Positions 11,165 through 23,900 of a stretch of DNA of 64,000 nt are shown here, one piece after another. Made by a program: the position numbers and the translations under genes. Each line of letters starts with the position of its first letter. The stretch's first letter is position 1. This DNA comes from Blepharisma stoltei ATCC 30299. Its lineage: Eukaryota; Protista; Ciliophora. The stretch spans positions 463,695 through 527,694 of the forward strand of contig CBFDEM010000016.1 in the NCBI GenBank assembly GCA_965603825.1, read 5' to 3'. The notes under the pieces were generated by a model that had not been told where the DNA came from, did no database searches, and saw only the letters and a list, made by a program, of their open reading frames with translations.

Positions 11165-13072
11165 ATGGAAGTCCTAGATGATATCATTGAATTTCTCAGA
11201 GAAAACCACCTAGACGGAGTCGTCAAAAGTATCAACCAAGAGCTCACAAACCCAAAAAAGCCAGTTTCCTCTGATCAGCTGATCGTGAAAGCTATCGAAG
11301 AAACCGCAAAGGCTCCGATGAACTCCACTGATCAAAACACCCTTCACAAGTTCCTGAAAAAGCTTTCAAAGAAGCCAGTGGTTTCACAGATTCCAAGCGG
11401 TCTCTCGGACCTCAAAGCTTTTAAAAAATTTTTAAATCCTCAGCCTCTTCCAGCTCCAAAATCGCCTGCGAGAGAATCTAAAGTTGAAGAGCTGCCTCAT
11501 TTTGGAGGGAAAATTGAAGCCAACCCTATACCTGCCAACGATCCACTTCCAACTAATATGAATTTAGATGAAGACGAGCTTTTTTCAGCATCCCAGATTG
11601 AACCAAAGCAAGAGCCAAGTTCCATAATGCAGCATTCAAATAGATCATTTGGAGCTTTAAGCTTAGAAGAAGAAGAAATCATTGACGAATATGAAGACGA
11701 TGATGACCCTGGGTTTATCCTCTATGAATCTAAAACAGACGACATCAATGTTTTCAGTTCAGAAATTGCTGCAAAGCATGGCTTTCCAGAAAAAGCAATT
11801 GCAAAATCAAAAGCGCCAGACAAAGACAAGCTGCTGCTTAGAGAAGATTCTATCCTCAGCGAGTCCGAAAAGAAAGGCCAAAGTAGTTTATTTCCATCAA
11901 ATATAAAATTCCCTGATTCTAATGATAAATACTACCCTGTGGAGTTTGAAAGTGTTATTTTTGACTGCTACATCTTAAAAGTCATATATGACAGAGAAAA
12001 GACTGGGTTTGAAGAATCTAAAGATTTCCAAATTGTTATTAACAGCGTTATTGCAGGACGATACCAAGTTATCGAGTTTCTAGGCTCCGCCGCATTTAGC
12101 AAAGCAATACAGTGCTTAGATTTGATCACAAAAGAAATGGTCTGTTTGAAAATTATAGAAAATAATAAAGATTATGTAGACCAGAGTATCGATGAGATCA
12201 AGCTTCTGAAGTATATAAACGTCAACGCTGATCCTGACGAGAAACACATTTTAAGACTCATTGACTACTTTTACCATAAAGAGCATTTATTTATTGTTAC
12301 TGAGCTATTAAGAGACAACTTATATGAATATTCAAAATATAATAGAGAGCACGAGGAAGAGAGATATTTTACTATTGGGAGGCTTCAAAAAATTGCATAT
12401 CAGGTTTTGTGTGCGCTTGAATACTTGCATAGCTTGAAACTGATACATTGTGATTTGAAGCCAGAAAACATTTTAATTAGATCATATTCGAGGTGTGAAG
12501 TAAAAGTAATTGACTTAGGAAGCAGTTGCTATATTCATGACCACTTAGGCTCATATGTGCAAAGTCGCAGCTATAGAGCTCCAGAAGTAATCATGGGGTG
12601 TCCTTATGACTATAAAATCGATATTTGGTCCTTAGGGTGCATTTTGGCAGAATTGTATACAGGCTATGTTTTATTCCAGAATGACTCAGTCCAAGGACTT
12701 TTGGCAAGAGTCTTGGGGATTATTGGTCCATTGCCAGAAGAAAACTATAAAACAGGAAGACATACAGACAAGTTCTTTACTAAAGACAGACTGCTTTATA
12801 TAGAAACTGAAGAAGAAAAGAAGGTCGACAACAAACACTTGAGTGAAGAAATGATCGAACTGATCAAGAAACATAGAAAACCCAAAAAAGTTGTCAATGT
12901 TTTGGTACCAAAGAAGACTTCGTTAAAAGCGAGGCTTCACACTGACGACTCTATGTTTATTGACTTTGTTAGATGCCTTCTAGACGTGGATAAAGATAGA
13001 AGGCCAAGCGCTCAAGAAGCGATGAAACACCCATGGATCACTGAGTGTAAGTATGAGGACGGAATTCCTTAA
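11165..13072 (+). CDS. DYRK-family protein kinase (DYRKP/plant-like subgroup)
   Basis: KTGFEE, LGSAAFSKA, IHCDLKPEN, DLGSSC, YVQSRSYRAPE. Confidence 0.92.
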   Translation: MEVLDDIIEFLRENHLDGVVKSINQELTNPKKPVSSDQLIVKAIEETAKAPMNSTDQNTLHKFLKKLSKKPVVSQIPSGLSDLKAFKKFLNPQPLPAPKSPARESKVEELPHFGGKIEANPIPANDPLPTNMNLDEDELFSASQIEPKQEPSSIMQHSNRSFGALSLEEEEIIDEYEDDDDPGFILYESKTDDINVFSSEIAAKHGFPEKAIAKSKAPDKDKLLLREDSILSESEKKGQSSLFPSNIKFPDSNDKYYPVEFESVIFDCYILKVIYDREKTGFEESKDFQIVINSVIAGRYQVIEFLGSAAFSKAIQCLDLITKEMVCLKIIENNKDYVDQSIDEIKLLKYINVNADPDEKHILRLIDYFYHKEHLFIVTELLRDNLYEYSKYNREHEEERYFTIGRLQKIAYQVLCALEYLHSLKLIHCDLKPENILIRSYSRCEVKVIDLGSSCYIHDHLGSYVQSRSYRAPEVIMGCPYDYKIDIWSLGCILAELYTGYVLFQNDSVQGLLARVLGIIGPLPEENYKTGRHTDKFFTKDRLLYIETEEEKKVDNKHLSEEMIELIKKHRKPKKVVNVLVPKKTSLKARLHTDDSMFIDFVRCLLDVDKDRRPSAQEAMKHPWITECKYEDGIP

Positions 13073-13153
13073 ATAAATCATCTTTTAAATAATAAATAAT
13101 CAAAAATCGTTTATTTCTTATCTTTAACTTTTTGTTGACTTTATTCCATAAAT

Positions 13154-14407
13154 ATGAAGGCATTTTATCTGCTGTGCTTTCTTTCTCTATCCTACCTAAG
13201 CAATGCTCAATACTCCAAATTCCTATTAGGAGTCCTCAGAGGTGCAGATCTCGTTGGTGAATCATTTACTCGCTATTGCAAATATGAACCAGAAGGCTCA
13301 AAGCCATCAGGCCAGATCCAGCCATACTGGGAGACTTTAATGACTGACCTAATCGACCTTTCCCAGAACTGCAGATATTTGGACGCCCTAAAAGTCCTCA
13401 CAACTTTCCAGAGCTCAAAAGATTTGATGGATCTCACCCTAACCCATTTAGATGAAGCAAGAAATAATAACCAAATAAAACAGTCCTCAGATTCCTATGA
13501 AGCTGGATACGCAATTGGAGCTTTTCTTGAGCAGTATTTCAGGATGGTCGATCCTTATGCATTCAGATTTGTGGAAGACCCAACAGCTTATAAAGATTTA
13601 GGCACTGCCGCCTATCCTGTAGCAATATTCCATGGGCTGAATCAAAATTGCAACGATTCAACCTATGTGCAGTTTACAAGCTATTTGGGAAAGCAGCTTA
13701 ATACATATACAAGATGTGTGGAAATTGGAAATGGAGTTGCCACAAGCTTTTTGATGTCTATGACTGACCAAGCCAAAGAGGCTTGCCAAAAAGTAAAAGC
13801 AGACCCTAATTTCGCAAATGGGCTAAATGTAGTTGGACTGTCTCAAGGAGGGCTAATAGCAAGATCACTACTACAAAACTGTGATGGGCTTAAGATCCAC
13901 GTCGTCAACACTGTAGGAACTCCTAATAATGGAGTCACTTCAATTCCAAACTGCTTTGTTGGTTTCACTTGTAAAATCTTCAACGATGCTCTTGAACTCG
14001 GAGTCTACAGACCTGTTGTCCAAGGTATGGGACCAGCTGGCTACTATAAAGACCAATACAACTATGATACTTTCCTCCAAAGCAGCAGCTTCTTAGCAGA
14101 ATTCAACAATGAAAAAAGCATCAATCAAGAATACATTGAAGACTATCAAACCTTAGACTGGCTTGTTCTGCTTAAGTTCACCCAAGACGAAATTGTAGAC
14201 CCACCAGAAAGTGAATGGTTCGGGTACTATGCCTTGAACTCTCAAACACTTTTACCATGGAATGAAACCCTTGACTATACAAACAATTTGCTAGGGTTTA
14301 AGGATTTAGATGCACAAGGAAAGATCGTGAGACTGTCTTTGAATTCTGGACATTTGGACTTCACTCAACAAGAATACACTGAGATGGTGGTTCCTTATCT
14401 TTTATAA
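13154..14407 (+). CDS. PPT1: Palmitoyl-protein thioesterase (PPT1 family) with signal peptide and ~130-aa N-terminal extension
   Basis: PVAIFHGL, GLSQGG nucleophile elbow, DEIVDPPESEWFGYY, C-terminal GHL. Confidence 0.88.
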   Translation: MKAFYLLCFLSLSYLSNAQYSKFLLGVLRGADLVGESFTRYCKYEPEGSKPSGQIQPYWETLMTDLIDLSQNCRYLDALKVLTTFQSSKDLMDLTLTHLDEARNNNQIKQSSDSYEAGYAIGAFLEQYFRMVDPYAFRFVEDPTAYKDLGTAAYPVAIFHGLNQNCNDSTYVQFTSYLGKQLNTYTRCVEIGNGVATSFLMSMTDQAKEACQKVKADPNFANGLNVVGLSQGGLIARSLLQNCDGLKIHVVNTVGTPNNGVTSIPNCFVGFTCKIFNDALELGVYRPVVQGMGPAGYYKDQYNYDTFLQSSSFLAEFNNEKSINQEYIEDYQTLDWLVLLKFTQDEIVDPPESEWFGYYALNSQTLLPWNETLDYTNNLLGFKDLDAQGKIVRLSLNSGHLDFTQQEYTEMVVPYLL

Positions 14408-14435
14408 CCTAATCAGTTATCTTTAATAATAAAAT

Positions 14436-14606
14436 ATGGGAGGATGCTGCTGTAAAAGAGAAAAAGGGTTTAAACTGCCTGAGGATAACCAGATAAAAGT
14501 GGATAAGTCACAAGTCAAAGAAAATGAGATACAAAAACCGAACTATTCTGAAAGGACGACGCCATTTACTTCAGCTAATGATGAAATTTTCGAAGATAAT
14601 TCTTAA
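14436..14606 (+). CDS. Putative 56-aa dually acylated microprotein (MGGCCC...)
   Basis: MGGCCCKREKGFKLPEDNQIKVDKSQVKENEIQKPNYSERTTPFTSANDEIFEDNS*; AT-rich leader (aataaaat-ATG) like other genes here; below the ORF-track length cutoff. Confidence 0.65.
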   Translation: MGGCCCKREKGFKLPEDNQIKVDKSQVKENEIQKPNYSERTTPFTSANDEIFEDNS

Positions 14607-14875
14607 AAATCGAGAAAGCACCTATAGAATTCTAATTTCTTGGGTGGAAATTTTAATTCATTATATAATTTAACATATAAGCGAAAAACGGATTTCCCTT
14701 TTAATCTATAACTATTTATATAGTTTTGAAAAATTAATTTTATTATTGAGATTTCTTTATTCTTAAGATTTAAGTAACTCCCATCTACTAAACGAGCAAA
14801 ATTTCAGAAATAATGTTTTTATGGTTTGATGTACAATTATAGCTTCAGTCAAAACAAATTTTAAAAAATGATAAA

Positions 14876-14933
14876 CTATAGAAATTGCCCGAGGATGGCG
14901 CTGTATTGCGCCATCCTCGGGCAATTTCTATAG
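14876..14933. repeat. Perfect 26-bp inverted repeat with a 6-nt spacer
   Basis: ctatagaaattgcccgaggatggcgc-tgtatt-gcgccatcctcgggcaatttctatag. Confidence 0.97.
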
Positions 14934-15487
14934 AATTTTTCTACACAGAAACCACCAAAAAAGCTCCATGCAAAGCATTTGGATCACAAAATAGAGCAAG
15001 CAGCCAAGAAAATTTCAAATGACCACAAAAGACAAAATATTCTGGAAGCTAAAAAATCTAAACTTTTTGCTTCTAAAATTTTGCTTTCTAAAGTTTTTCA
15101 GAGTCCTTTTTTTTGGAAATTTCTTAGCTAATTATTTTGTTTGTGAACCAAAATACTTTTTAAGAAGTATTATTAGTCGCTTTGTGTGTGCTCACATATT
15201 AAATGCGCTCTCCTAGAAAAATTTGCAAGTTTTCCCATTTTTAAAGCTGTTTTTACTCAGCTATAATTACATTATAATAATATATTAGATCCTCCTTATT
15301 GGAATATATTTAAAAATCTCACTGGAGAAATTATCTTATTTGCTTAAAGGGACTAAGGAACGCTTTCAGCATTCTTCATTTTTATAAAACTTATCAGATT
15401 AACAATAAAAAAAATAAATTTTTAAGACCAGAAGATTTGAATAATATTTAATAATCTTTACTATAAGTTTAGATAATTTTTTATCAT

Positions 15488-17689
15488 CTATAGTATCCAA
15501 GGATCGTCCTCCAAATCTTTTTTGTCAAGAGTGTGAGTGCTTCCTCTCCTCAATGGAATATATTTATTAACTAATTCTTGGTAATCCGAGCTTGGTTCTA
15601 TTGAACAATGCGATAGCATTCTATGCTTATTTGACATAAATTCCCAATTCGATTGGTTTATTTTCAGTTGCTCTATACAGTTTTCATCTATTGCAGACGA
15701 TATTAAATAGCTATTTAGAGCTTCATATAAAGGCAACGCAATATTTTTAATAAAACCAGCTTGAGATTTTGATATATCAGTTGTATCTCTATCACAATAC
15801 ATCGAAATAGGCTGATTGAGCGTTTTTTCTATATCCCCTTGATTAAAGAATTCTTCTACAACTAAAACAGACCATCTTTCATGCAATTCTCTTACCTTTG
15901 CTGCGTGGCCAATATCAGCTGCTTTTATCGTCATTCTTAATACATCAATCCTATTTTCTGGAGTTTCTAAAGGTCTAGAACTATTGTTCATAATTTTAGC
16001 TCGAAATTGTCCTAATAAATCGAAATGTCTGCCCATATCAGTCGCTAAGATCATTTCCACGATAAATTTCCTGGCTGCTATTCATTGGTCTTTATCTAAA
16101 GATATAAAAATATTGGTTTCTGGAGTAAGGACAATTTGAAAAATGGTTGAGCAATGCATGCTTTCAAGCACTGAAGCATCGTTATATCTGATAGCTAGCT
16201 CATCTTTTTTATTTATAAGGAATCTGTTTGTAAACCCTGGATGAGCGACATCATGGCCAAGATTTGCAATTATTGAAGCCAAAATTTCTACTTCTAATAG
16301 TGCATCTGATAGGCATGATTTATTGGTTATATATAAAAATGAGGCTAAAACGTCAGCTGCGTGGGTTGAATTGTGATAAGGGTTTTGCTTATATAAAGAT
16401 TCTAATTTTTCGAAAAATTCGATATAAATTTTTTCTTGAATGCTAAAAGCTTCATCTAGTCTGTATTTTTTAGCACAGTATTTACCTGTAATTAAAAGTG
16501 GCTTGTTTTCTGTACATTCTTTCAAGAAAAATGTATCAAAATTTCAATTTTTCCCTATTTGGCGTAAAATTCCGTTTAACTCGAAAACATCATAAGCCTT
16601 AAGTTTAAATAACTCAGACGTTTTACGTACCCGTATTCTGTTAGTTGATTTCGAATTAAGGCTATTTTGATCACTTCATGCTTGTTTAATAAATTCTCTA
16701 TCATCTTTATCCATATGCTTAGTGATGATTTCAATATCTGTAGAATATATATTTCTTTTTGATGTAATAGTTTTCGAAGTTTTATTTAATAGCTCTAGCA
16801 CTCTAGCTAGTTGTAGCTTGCTGGCTGCTGAAGCTTGGCTTATAAGACTTTCAATTAATTCTAAAGACTCGATCAGTCAGCTTGTAACCTCTTCAATTTC
16901 TGATTTTGGGCCATCATTAGTCCCGTTATCCTTTTCCAGTTCTGCATCAGCTTGCAATAACTGAAAATGGTATCTAAGCTTTACTTCTACCTGATAAAAT
17001 TTGGCAGTCTCATATACTATTTGGAACACATAAATTGCAAGCTCTAACAGAGTTGTGATTAATGACTGTTTTGAGGGCAAGTGAGAAATTAAGTAAATTA
17101 TCGCGAGACATATATTGGTAATCCCAAATTCAAAATAATTTGTATATAATACAAACTTAGAGACTCCTAAAATCACTAATAGGCCGGGAAGACTTGAAAT
17201 ATAAACATCAGCTTCATCTCCAAAAATAGCTACTTGCACAGGAGGATTGTTAAGAATTAGAAATACTCCAAATGAAAAATAGTTGAATTGTAAAATGTCA
17301 ATTCGAAATTTTCTGAAAATTCTTGTGTGATATGACAGACAAAAAATAATGATGCTGAAAATCAGTACCAAGGCTAAAGATATTACTTGGAATTCAAAAA
17401 TTTTACTATACAAATTATCGGTTGCGTACACCAGTATGTACATCAAAATATACACCAGCATTGTCCCATAAAAACTCAAAAAGAAGTGTTTTCCTTGCAT
17501 AGGATAAAACTCATGAAACTTCTTTTTACCAAATAAAATTGATTCTTTAAATTCCTTTTCAAGACTTTTATTTTTAAATTTTAACGTAATTCGGTAAAAG
17601 TCTTTTAGCCCACATTCGCTGCTGAGTGAGGAGGTCGATAATGGGTCAGAAGTTAATGTTTGAGTAGGAAGGTTAGGATCTTTAGGCAT
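15488..17689 (-). CDS. Membrane-anchored class I cyclic-nucleotide phosphodiesterase (~733 aa)
   Basis: Three ORFs lie in one frame across TGA codons; about 6 N-terminal TMs; YHNSTHAADV, HDVAHPG, LESMH, ATDM, KAADI, EEFFNQGD. Confidence 0.92.
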
Positions 17690-17963
17690 TTATTTTATTA
17701 GTAAATCAATTTTTACCTAAAATCGTCACGTGAAAATATTATGGCTATAAAGGTAATCTGATCTTAATATCCAAAAGATATACTTTTAAAGTGGAAACCA
17801 CAAATTACATCTGGTTTCAGCGAATTTAGATACTTTAATAGCTTCTATTTATAAACTGGCCTATAATTGGAATTTTTTTTAACCAGTAAAGATTTCTATG
17901 AATTATAGCTATTAGCATCGAAGCATTATTTTTAGCTTAATATGCAATAAAATTGTATTAAAA

Positions 17964-20900
17964 TTACTTCTCATCAATAGTTTCCCGATTAAATCTTTTG
18001 AATTTATCTTTCAATTCTTCTAGCTTCCCTTCAATTATACTAGCATTTTCTAATAAATATTTATTTTCTGTATTTTCATCTTCTTTGATTGACAACGCTC
18101 TGTGCTGAGGAATCCACATGAAGTCTTTACAATCAATTTGTTCCCTTACATATGACTCAATTCCTGTATATTCAGTCTCATCTTTGGCTTTTAAATACGA
18201 AATATATAGAATATAATTCCACTCTTCATGCTCTTTCAATGTGTGGTATTTAAATGGCCTCTTTGTGGCTCTTTCAATATCTTCTCTTTCAATTCCACAT
18301 ATGAAGCATTTATTTTCTCTGTCATCAGTATTCCTCTCATGCTCCTCTCTTAAAATTGCAAAAGTATCAATGATAATACCTTGGACTATATTTAGCATGA
18401 TAATCATAATTATGATGTTATAAGCATTATCGAAGAAAAACCTACCATAATCAAGGCTCCCTGCTTTCCAAGGTTTTAGTCATGCTCCAATCCCACCATT
18501 ATTTTTGAATCCTTTATCGAAAATTGTGACAGTACACATATATAGACTTTTGCAATCACCATTGAATTCATCGTGGTATTTCCAAAACCCGACGATTCCA
18601 AATATATACACAATAACTAAAGAGAACAGAAAAGTTAAAGCTAAAGCTTTCCTTGGTCTCACAATAGCTTTGATCACATTTTGAAGCGAAGGATAAGTAT
18701 GAAGCATGTCAAGCATTAATAAAGTGAAAAAGAATGGATGTACAGCTATCCCCAGACATGAAATTGTCATGTATCCAATATAATATCATACGTCGAAAAT
18801 ACTAAAAATATATGTCACTGTCAAAATCGACTGATGAATTCTTTTTAGAGCTATCTGGAAATTTGACGGATTTTTTCTCCAAAAATCATTGCCTGGGCTT
18901 TTTTCTTTCCAGCCTCTGACTGCAAGCACAGGGCCTTTTTTAAGCAAGAAAAATGATACAATTAAGCAGCAGCATACCAGTTGTATAATGCCAACAGATC
19001 GAATAAAGTTAAGGGTCTCTTTTTTATTTAGCCCATCATCTGTATGATTAGAATCATAATAAAGAAACGAAGGAGAGTTATAAGCATCTTCACCGCCATA
19101 CGAAGAATACGACAGCACAATGATAAGATTCAATAAAATGGTCATCATAAATGCAAGATCTCTCCATAAGCTAATATTTGATGCGATTAATGCAAGCATT
19201 CTTTGCCTGTCAAATAATTTTTTCAGCCAGTAATCATGTTTGATTTGTTCAATCATTGCGTCAGATTTTACTATCAAATATTTTAGCTTTGTTTGGTCAG
19301 ACGTCCTATCAGCATAATAGTGGAATTCTTCTTTGATTTCATTCCCCAAGCCTCCAAATTCTGGTGGTAAAGAAAAATAAACTTTGGTCAGCACATCATG
19401 AAACATTAACTCAATGCTTCCTGTATATTTCCCAAAAAAATCATAAGCGTCACCTAATAGCTCAGCTTTATCGATTTCTTCTTTTCTGTCCTCACTTTTC
19501 AATGCTAGCTTTTGAGCTGATTTTGATATAACGTTAGCTCCAGCTTTGACTGCATTTTTTAAGAAAGCGACTCCAAATTTCCCTAGCCCTTCTATAAGCT
19601 TTGCCCCAAAGAATGAACTTTTGCTTTCGTCTTCTAGCTCGAAAAATTCATCGTCAAAAAATTCATCTTTTTCTCTGTCATCATTTTCTTGGAAAATTTT
19701 AATTAAATGGAAAATCATGAAACCAACTTCTATTACACATGTGTAGTAGTCAGGGTTTTCGTCTTGAGGATTATTTCGAGATGCAAAATCATAATCATCA
19801 TTACCAGACGTATGGTTGAAAATTTCATAGTCGTATAATGGCTTTTTATACAGCACAATAAAATTCTTGTATATATTGATAAGATTTTCTTTAAACAGCT
19901 CTATATTAAATGAACGAATCATGCGGCTGACAATATAGTTATCGCTTCTTCCTTCTAATAAGCTATTGATGGTAATCATGCATTTATATTTTAAGTGGGA
20001 AATCATTCAGCCTTTAATACGCTCATTGGTATCAATATTTCCAGACAGCATGCTTTCTGACCTAGAAAATTTATCGCTAAAAATTGAGCCTAAGGATTGG
20101 ATTTTTTCACTGCTTTCGTCCAATGATAATAAATTTGAAGCAAGCTCAAGGAATTTCCCATCAATAATACTTTCTTGATTCTCTAAACAAGGACCTTGAA
20201 TAAATTCAGTTAGTGAGTCAAAACATTGAGAAATTACTGGAAAAGTTTTCAAATATAATTTTCTGGTCAGAATTTCCAATAAAGAAATGCAATCAGCAAT
20301 TAAGTCATAGCTTACCCTTGATTTTTCTTGATGCCTTATATAGTTTTGAAGCTTCGAATAATGCCCCTCACAGAATAGCTGCAGGAGTCTTAAAACACTG
20401 ACAATCTTATCAGATTTTGCTTTATAAATCGGAATTCTTAAAGCTTCATTTACATGTCCTCGTGAAAGTTTTTCAATTTTTTCCAAAAATAGCTTGTGGA
20501 GCCTTTCAAAAAATATTTCTGAATTTGGGACATTCACAAAAAACTGGTAAAAATCGCATTGGATTTTTTGGTTTCCCCCATCTAACAAATTTATGGAAAA
20601 GTCAAGTAAAGATGCAAAAACGCGGGGATCTGTTTCTTTATCACACATAAGTGTTAAAGCTACCTTGCTAGCTCCACAGCCATTAATTTCATCTTGAATT
20701 TTAAGTTTTTCTTCATCAACATCATCATATTTATCAACAACTTGTTCAGAAATAAGAGACCCTAACAAATCAATAGCATTTATAAGGATTTCAATAGATG
20801 GATGCTGACTTCTGCTTAGCCTGATATAATTAACAAGGGCTTGCACAAAGCTCTCAAATGTCAAATCTTCAACAAATTCTTCAACCTTATAAATAGCGAC

Positions 20901-23900
20901 AATTAAAGCTTTCCATTCTTGCTTTAAGCAAGATTTCATGCTGTCTGAGTAAATAAAATTGTTTTTAAATTCTTTTCAGAAGGTAGAAACCTCGTTTGAT
21001 TTTTCGGTAAGTCCGTATCGAGATCGGCCTCTCTTCAGGTTACCTTCGTGTGAAGGAGCTGAGATTATTATTGAACTTTCATCATAAATTATTGAGCTGA
21101 ATTCAAGATTAAACCTGTCACAAAGTGCTGTTATGCTATTAATGAGGGATTGAGGTAGCTTCTTTGTATAGAACGCCTGATGGTTGTCAATTAACATTTG
21201 TACATAAAACTGGATTGATGCAAAATCCTCTTTATCTGATAGCAAATCTCTACTGTTTAAGTATGAGAGACAGTATTTTGTTAATATTTTTATTCATATG
21301 TTGAGGAATTCTATATATGAGCTATCAAGCTGATGTTTATTTGCAAAAATTTTCGCTTGCTCTCTGATATAAGCAAAAAATTCAGTGCAGAGTTTCACAT
21401 CTTGGTTAATTTTTTCAGTATCAATATAAATATTAAACAAGAAATCCAATAGTGGGATTTTCAAAACCTGATATGGGCTATTTTTATCTTCAGCTAAAAC
21501 CAATAATTTCATTAAGGATTGGATTTTTAGGATTTTTTGACATTTACTTTCGTTTATATACATCCCATTAACACCAAAACCACATAAAGAAATAACATTA
21601 ATAAGCCTAGCATGATACTCATAGGGTATATCTTGATAAGTCCAGCTAGAATAATGCGGTTTCTGTGGCTCGAACATAAATTCTGGATCAGTTTCATCAT
21701 TCATAAATAATAAAAATCTGTTATAGTCTACTTTAAAAAAGAAATTCATGACCATACTTTGCATTTCGATAACAGGTGTCCCTTTAACTGTTTGAATGGT
21801 TTCTAAAAATTCTAGAAATGCTGGTTGTCTGCCTTCATTGTAAATGAGCGTTTTAAAAGGTTTTAAAAGATCTTTATTGATAGTCAATATCAATTCTATG
21901 TTGTCTTTATATATTTCGCATATTAATGGAATTTGATCAACATTGACTTTTAGATGCTGGAGGAAGACGTGAATATCTTTACAAAGCCGCTTTTGGTTAT
22001 TTGAATGACAATATACAAATTTTCGCAATATTTTGTGGCATTGCTTGAATAGATCTGAAAGAAGAGTTCTTGGTTCTTCAATTTCTTTATTTGGTGATTC
22101 ATAGAGACTAACTAATGTATGCATTCCGTCCTTTAACAACCTAATAAGAAGAGTATGAGCAGCGAGATAATATAGAATATCTTGTCTTTCTTTTGAAATT
22201 GATACTTTATTTCCTAATATCAATTGATTTGATTCAATCTTAGTATCTTCGTAAAATAAATGATCAAGATTGACTAAGAATTGCATAATTTTTTGAAATT
22301 TTTCAAAGTATTTTTGTCTCAAATTCCCACTATGTTTCCAATAATTCAACCAAAGCTCACTTTGTTCGCTTTCCTGCTTAAAATCTTTTAAATTTTCTTT
22401 AAGCCATGCTAATAATAGTTTATCATCAGCTGTGCTTATCACATAAAGTTTTTTAATTGAATGAGTAAGCTCTTCCCTTTGTTTAAAACATCTAATAATC
22501 AAGCTCAGGGTTAAAGACTGCAGCTTGTAGTCTGACGAAGACTTGAATATCATAAGCAGTGGATGAATTACTGACCCATTTGATATAATATTTAGATCCG
22601 GTATTAATGGTGAGCTGTACTGTTTAAATTTATTTGTATATATATCACTAACCAAATCAGCAAGCCTCGAAAACCTATCAATATACCCAATTTGCATGAC
22701 TTCTGGGAGCAGATTTTTCAGAACTTCCGTCTGCGTTAAAAGCGATTTATCATACTCCAGAGACGAAAACCATTGGCTTATATTTGTAATTAAAAATTCT
22801 TGTCTTCAATCCATATAATAATGGAAAATTTTGCATATCCTAATCTTTATCTTTGTTTCTGAGTCCTCAACCTCCACATTCTGCATCGTGCTTTGCTTAA
22901 GTGAATTTAAAAAATTCCTTAAATTCGAAGCACAACGGATAACTGGATTTGATAGTCCTGAGTTATCATTTAACAAGTTCATAAGAAATCCTGCTTTTTT
23001 ATTCTTTTTTTGGGTTCGTTTTTTCTCATTTGCGTCAGTTTTAAAAAAAATATTAGATATCATTTTTAGATTAAGCTCTGATTTTCTCTTTTGGGCGTGT
23101 ATGCTTTTTCCTACATAAAAATAAAGTGGGGCTACTGATTTAAGGAATCTGATAATATCCATTTTCTCTGTAGAAAAAGCAATGCTATTGGAGTTGCAGA
23201 TTGTATAGTGATTGTTAAAATCAGTACACTCTGTGCCATAAAGTTCAAATCTGACTAGTTTATCTGCAAGTCTCAAAAGTTCTTCAGTAAAAATATCATA
23301 ATTCGGACTTAAAACTTGACTATTGAAATATTCCAATACTGAGTTCAATAAGTTTTCTTCCACCATGTCTTGTTCGGTAAACCTAACTATATCGCTTTCC
23401 TCAGGGGCAATGCTCCCTATTTTAAGTACATTCCCAGCAAATCCTTGCACTTTTGCAAAAATTGACCCTTTTTTCATTATCCGGCGATAAGACTCTCTGG
23501 AGTCAAAGCTAATTGATTTATTTTTATTAGGAGAGCTCAGTGTTTCTAGCTGTCCTAAATTTGTTCCCATATTGATGACTTTTATTAGCTCAGGCTTTAT
23601 TGACTCTTCCCTTGGATATGTATCTATATGGATCGTTAATAATAGCTTGCAAAATGCTGCCCTAAACTGATTGCTGATATTGCCATTCCACATCATTATT
23701 TGCAATATTTCTTGTGAAAAATGGTCTTTTAAGGACTCAGTGCATATGAAATTCCTGCTTAAACACATATTTGCGAACAGCTCAAGAAGCTTGTTAAAAT
23801 AAATGATTTCTGATTGATGAGAAACAATTATCCCTCCTTGAAAGCAGCTATCTAAAGAAATAATTTCATCTCTGTTTTCCCCTAATGAAACATATAAAGA

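Noticed and set aside
15019-15216. 65-aa F/L/K-rich ORF
   Set aside because: Composition reflects T-rich non-coding DNA with short local repeats (ttttgctt(t)ctaaa); no motif.
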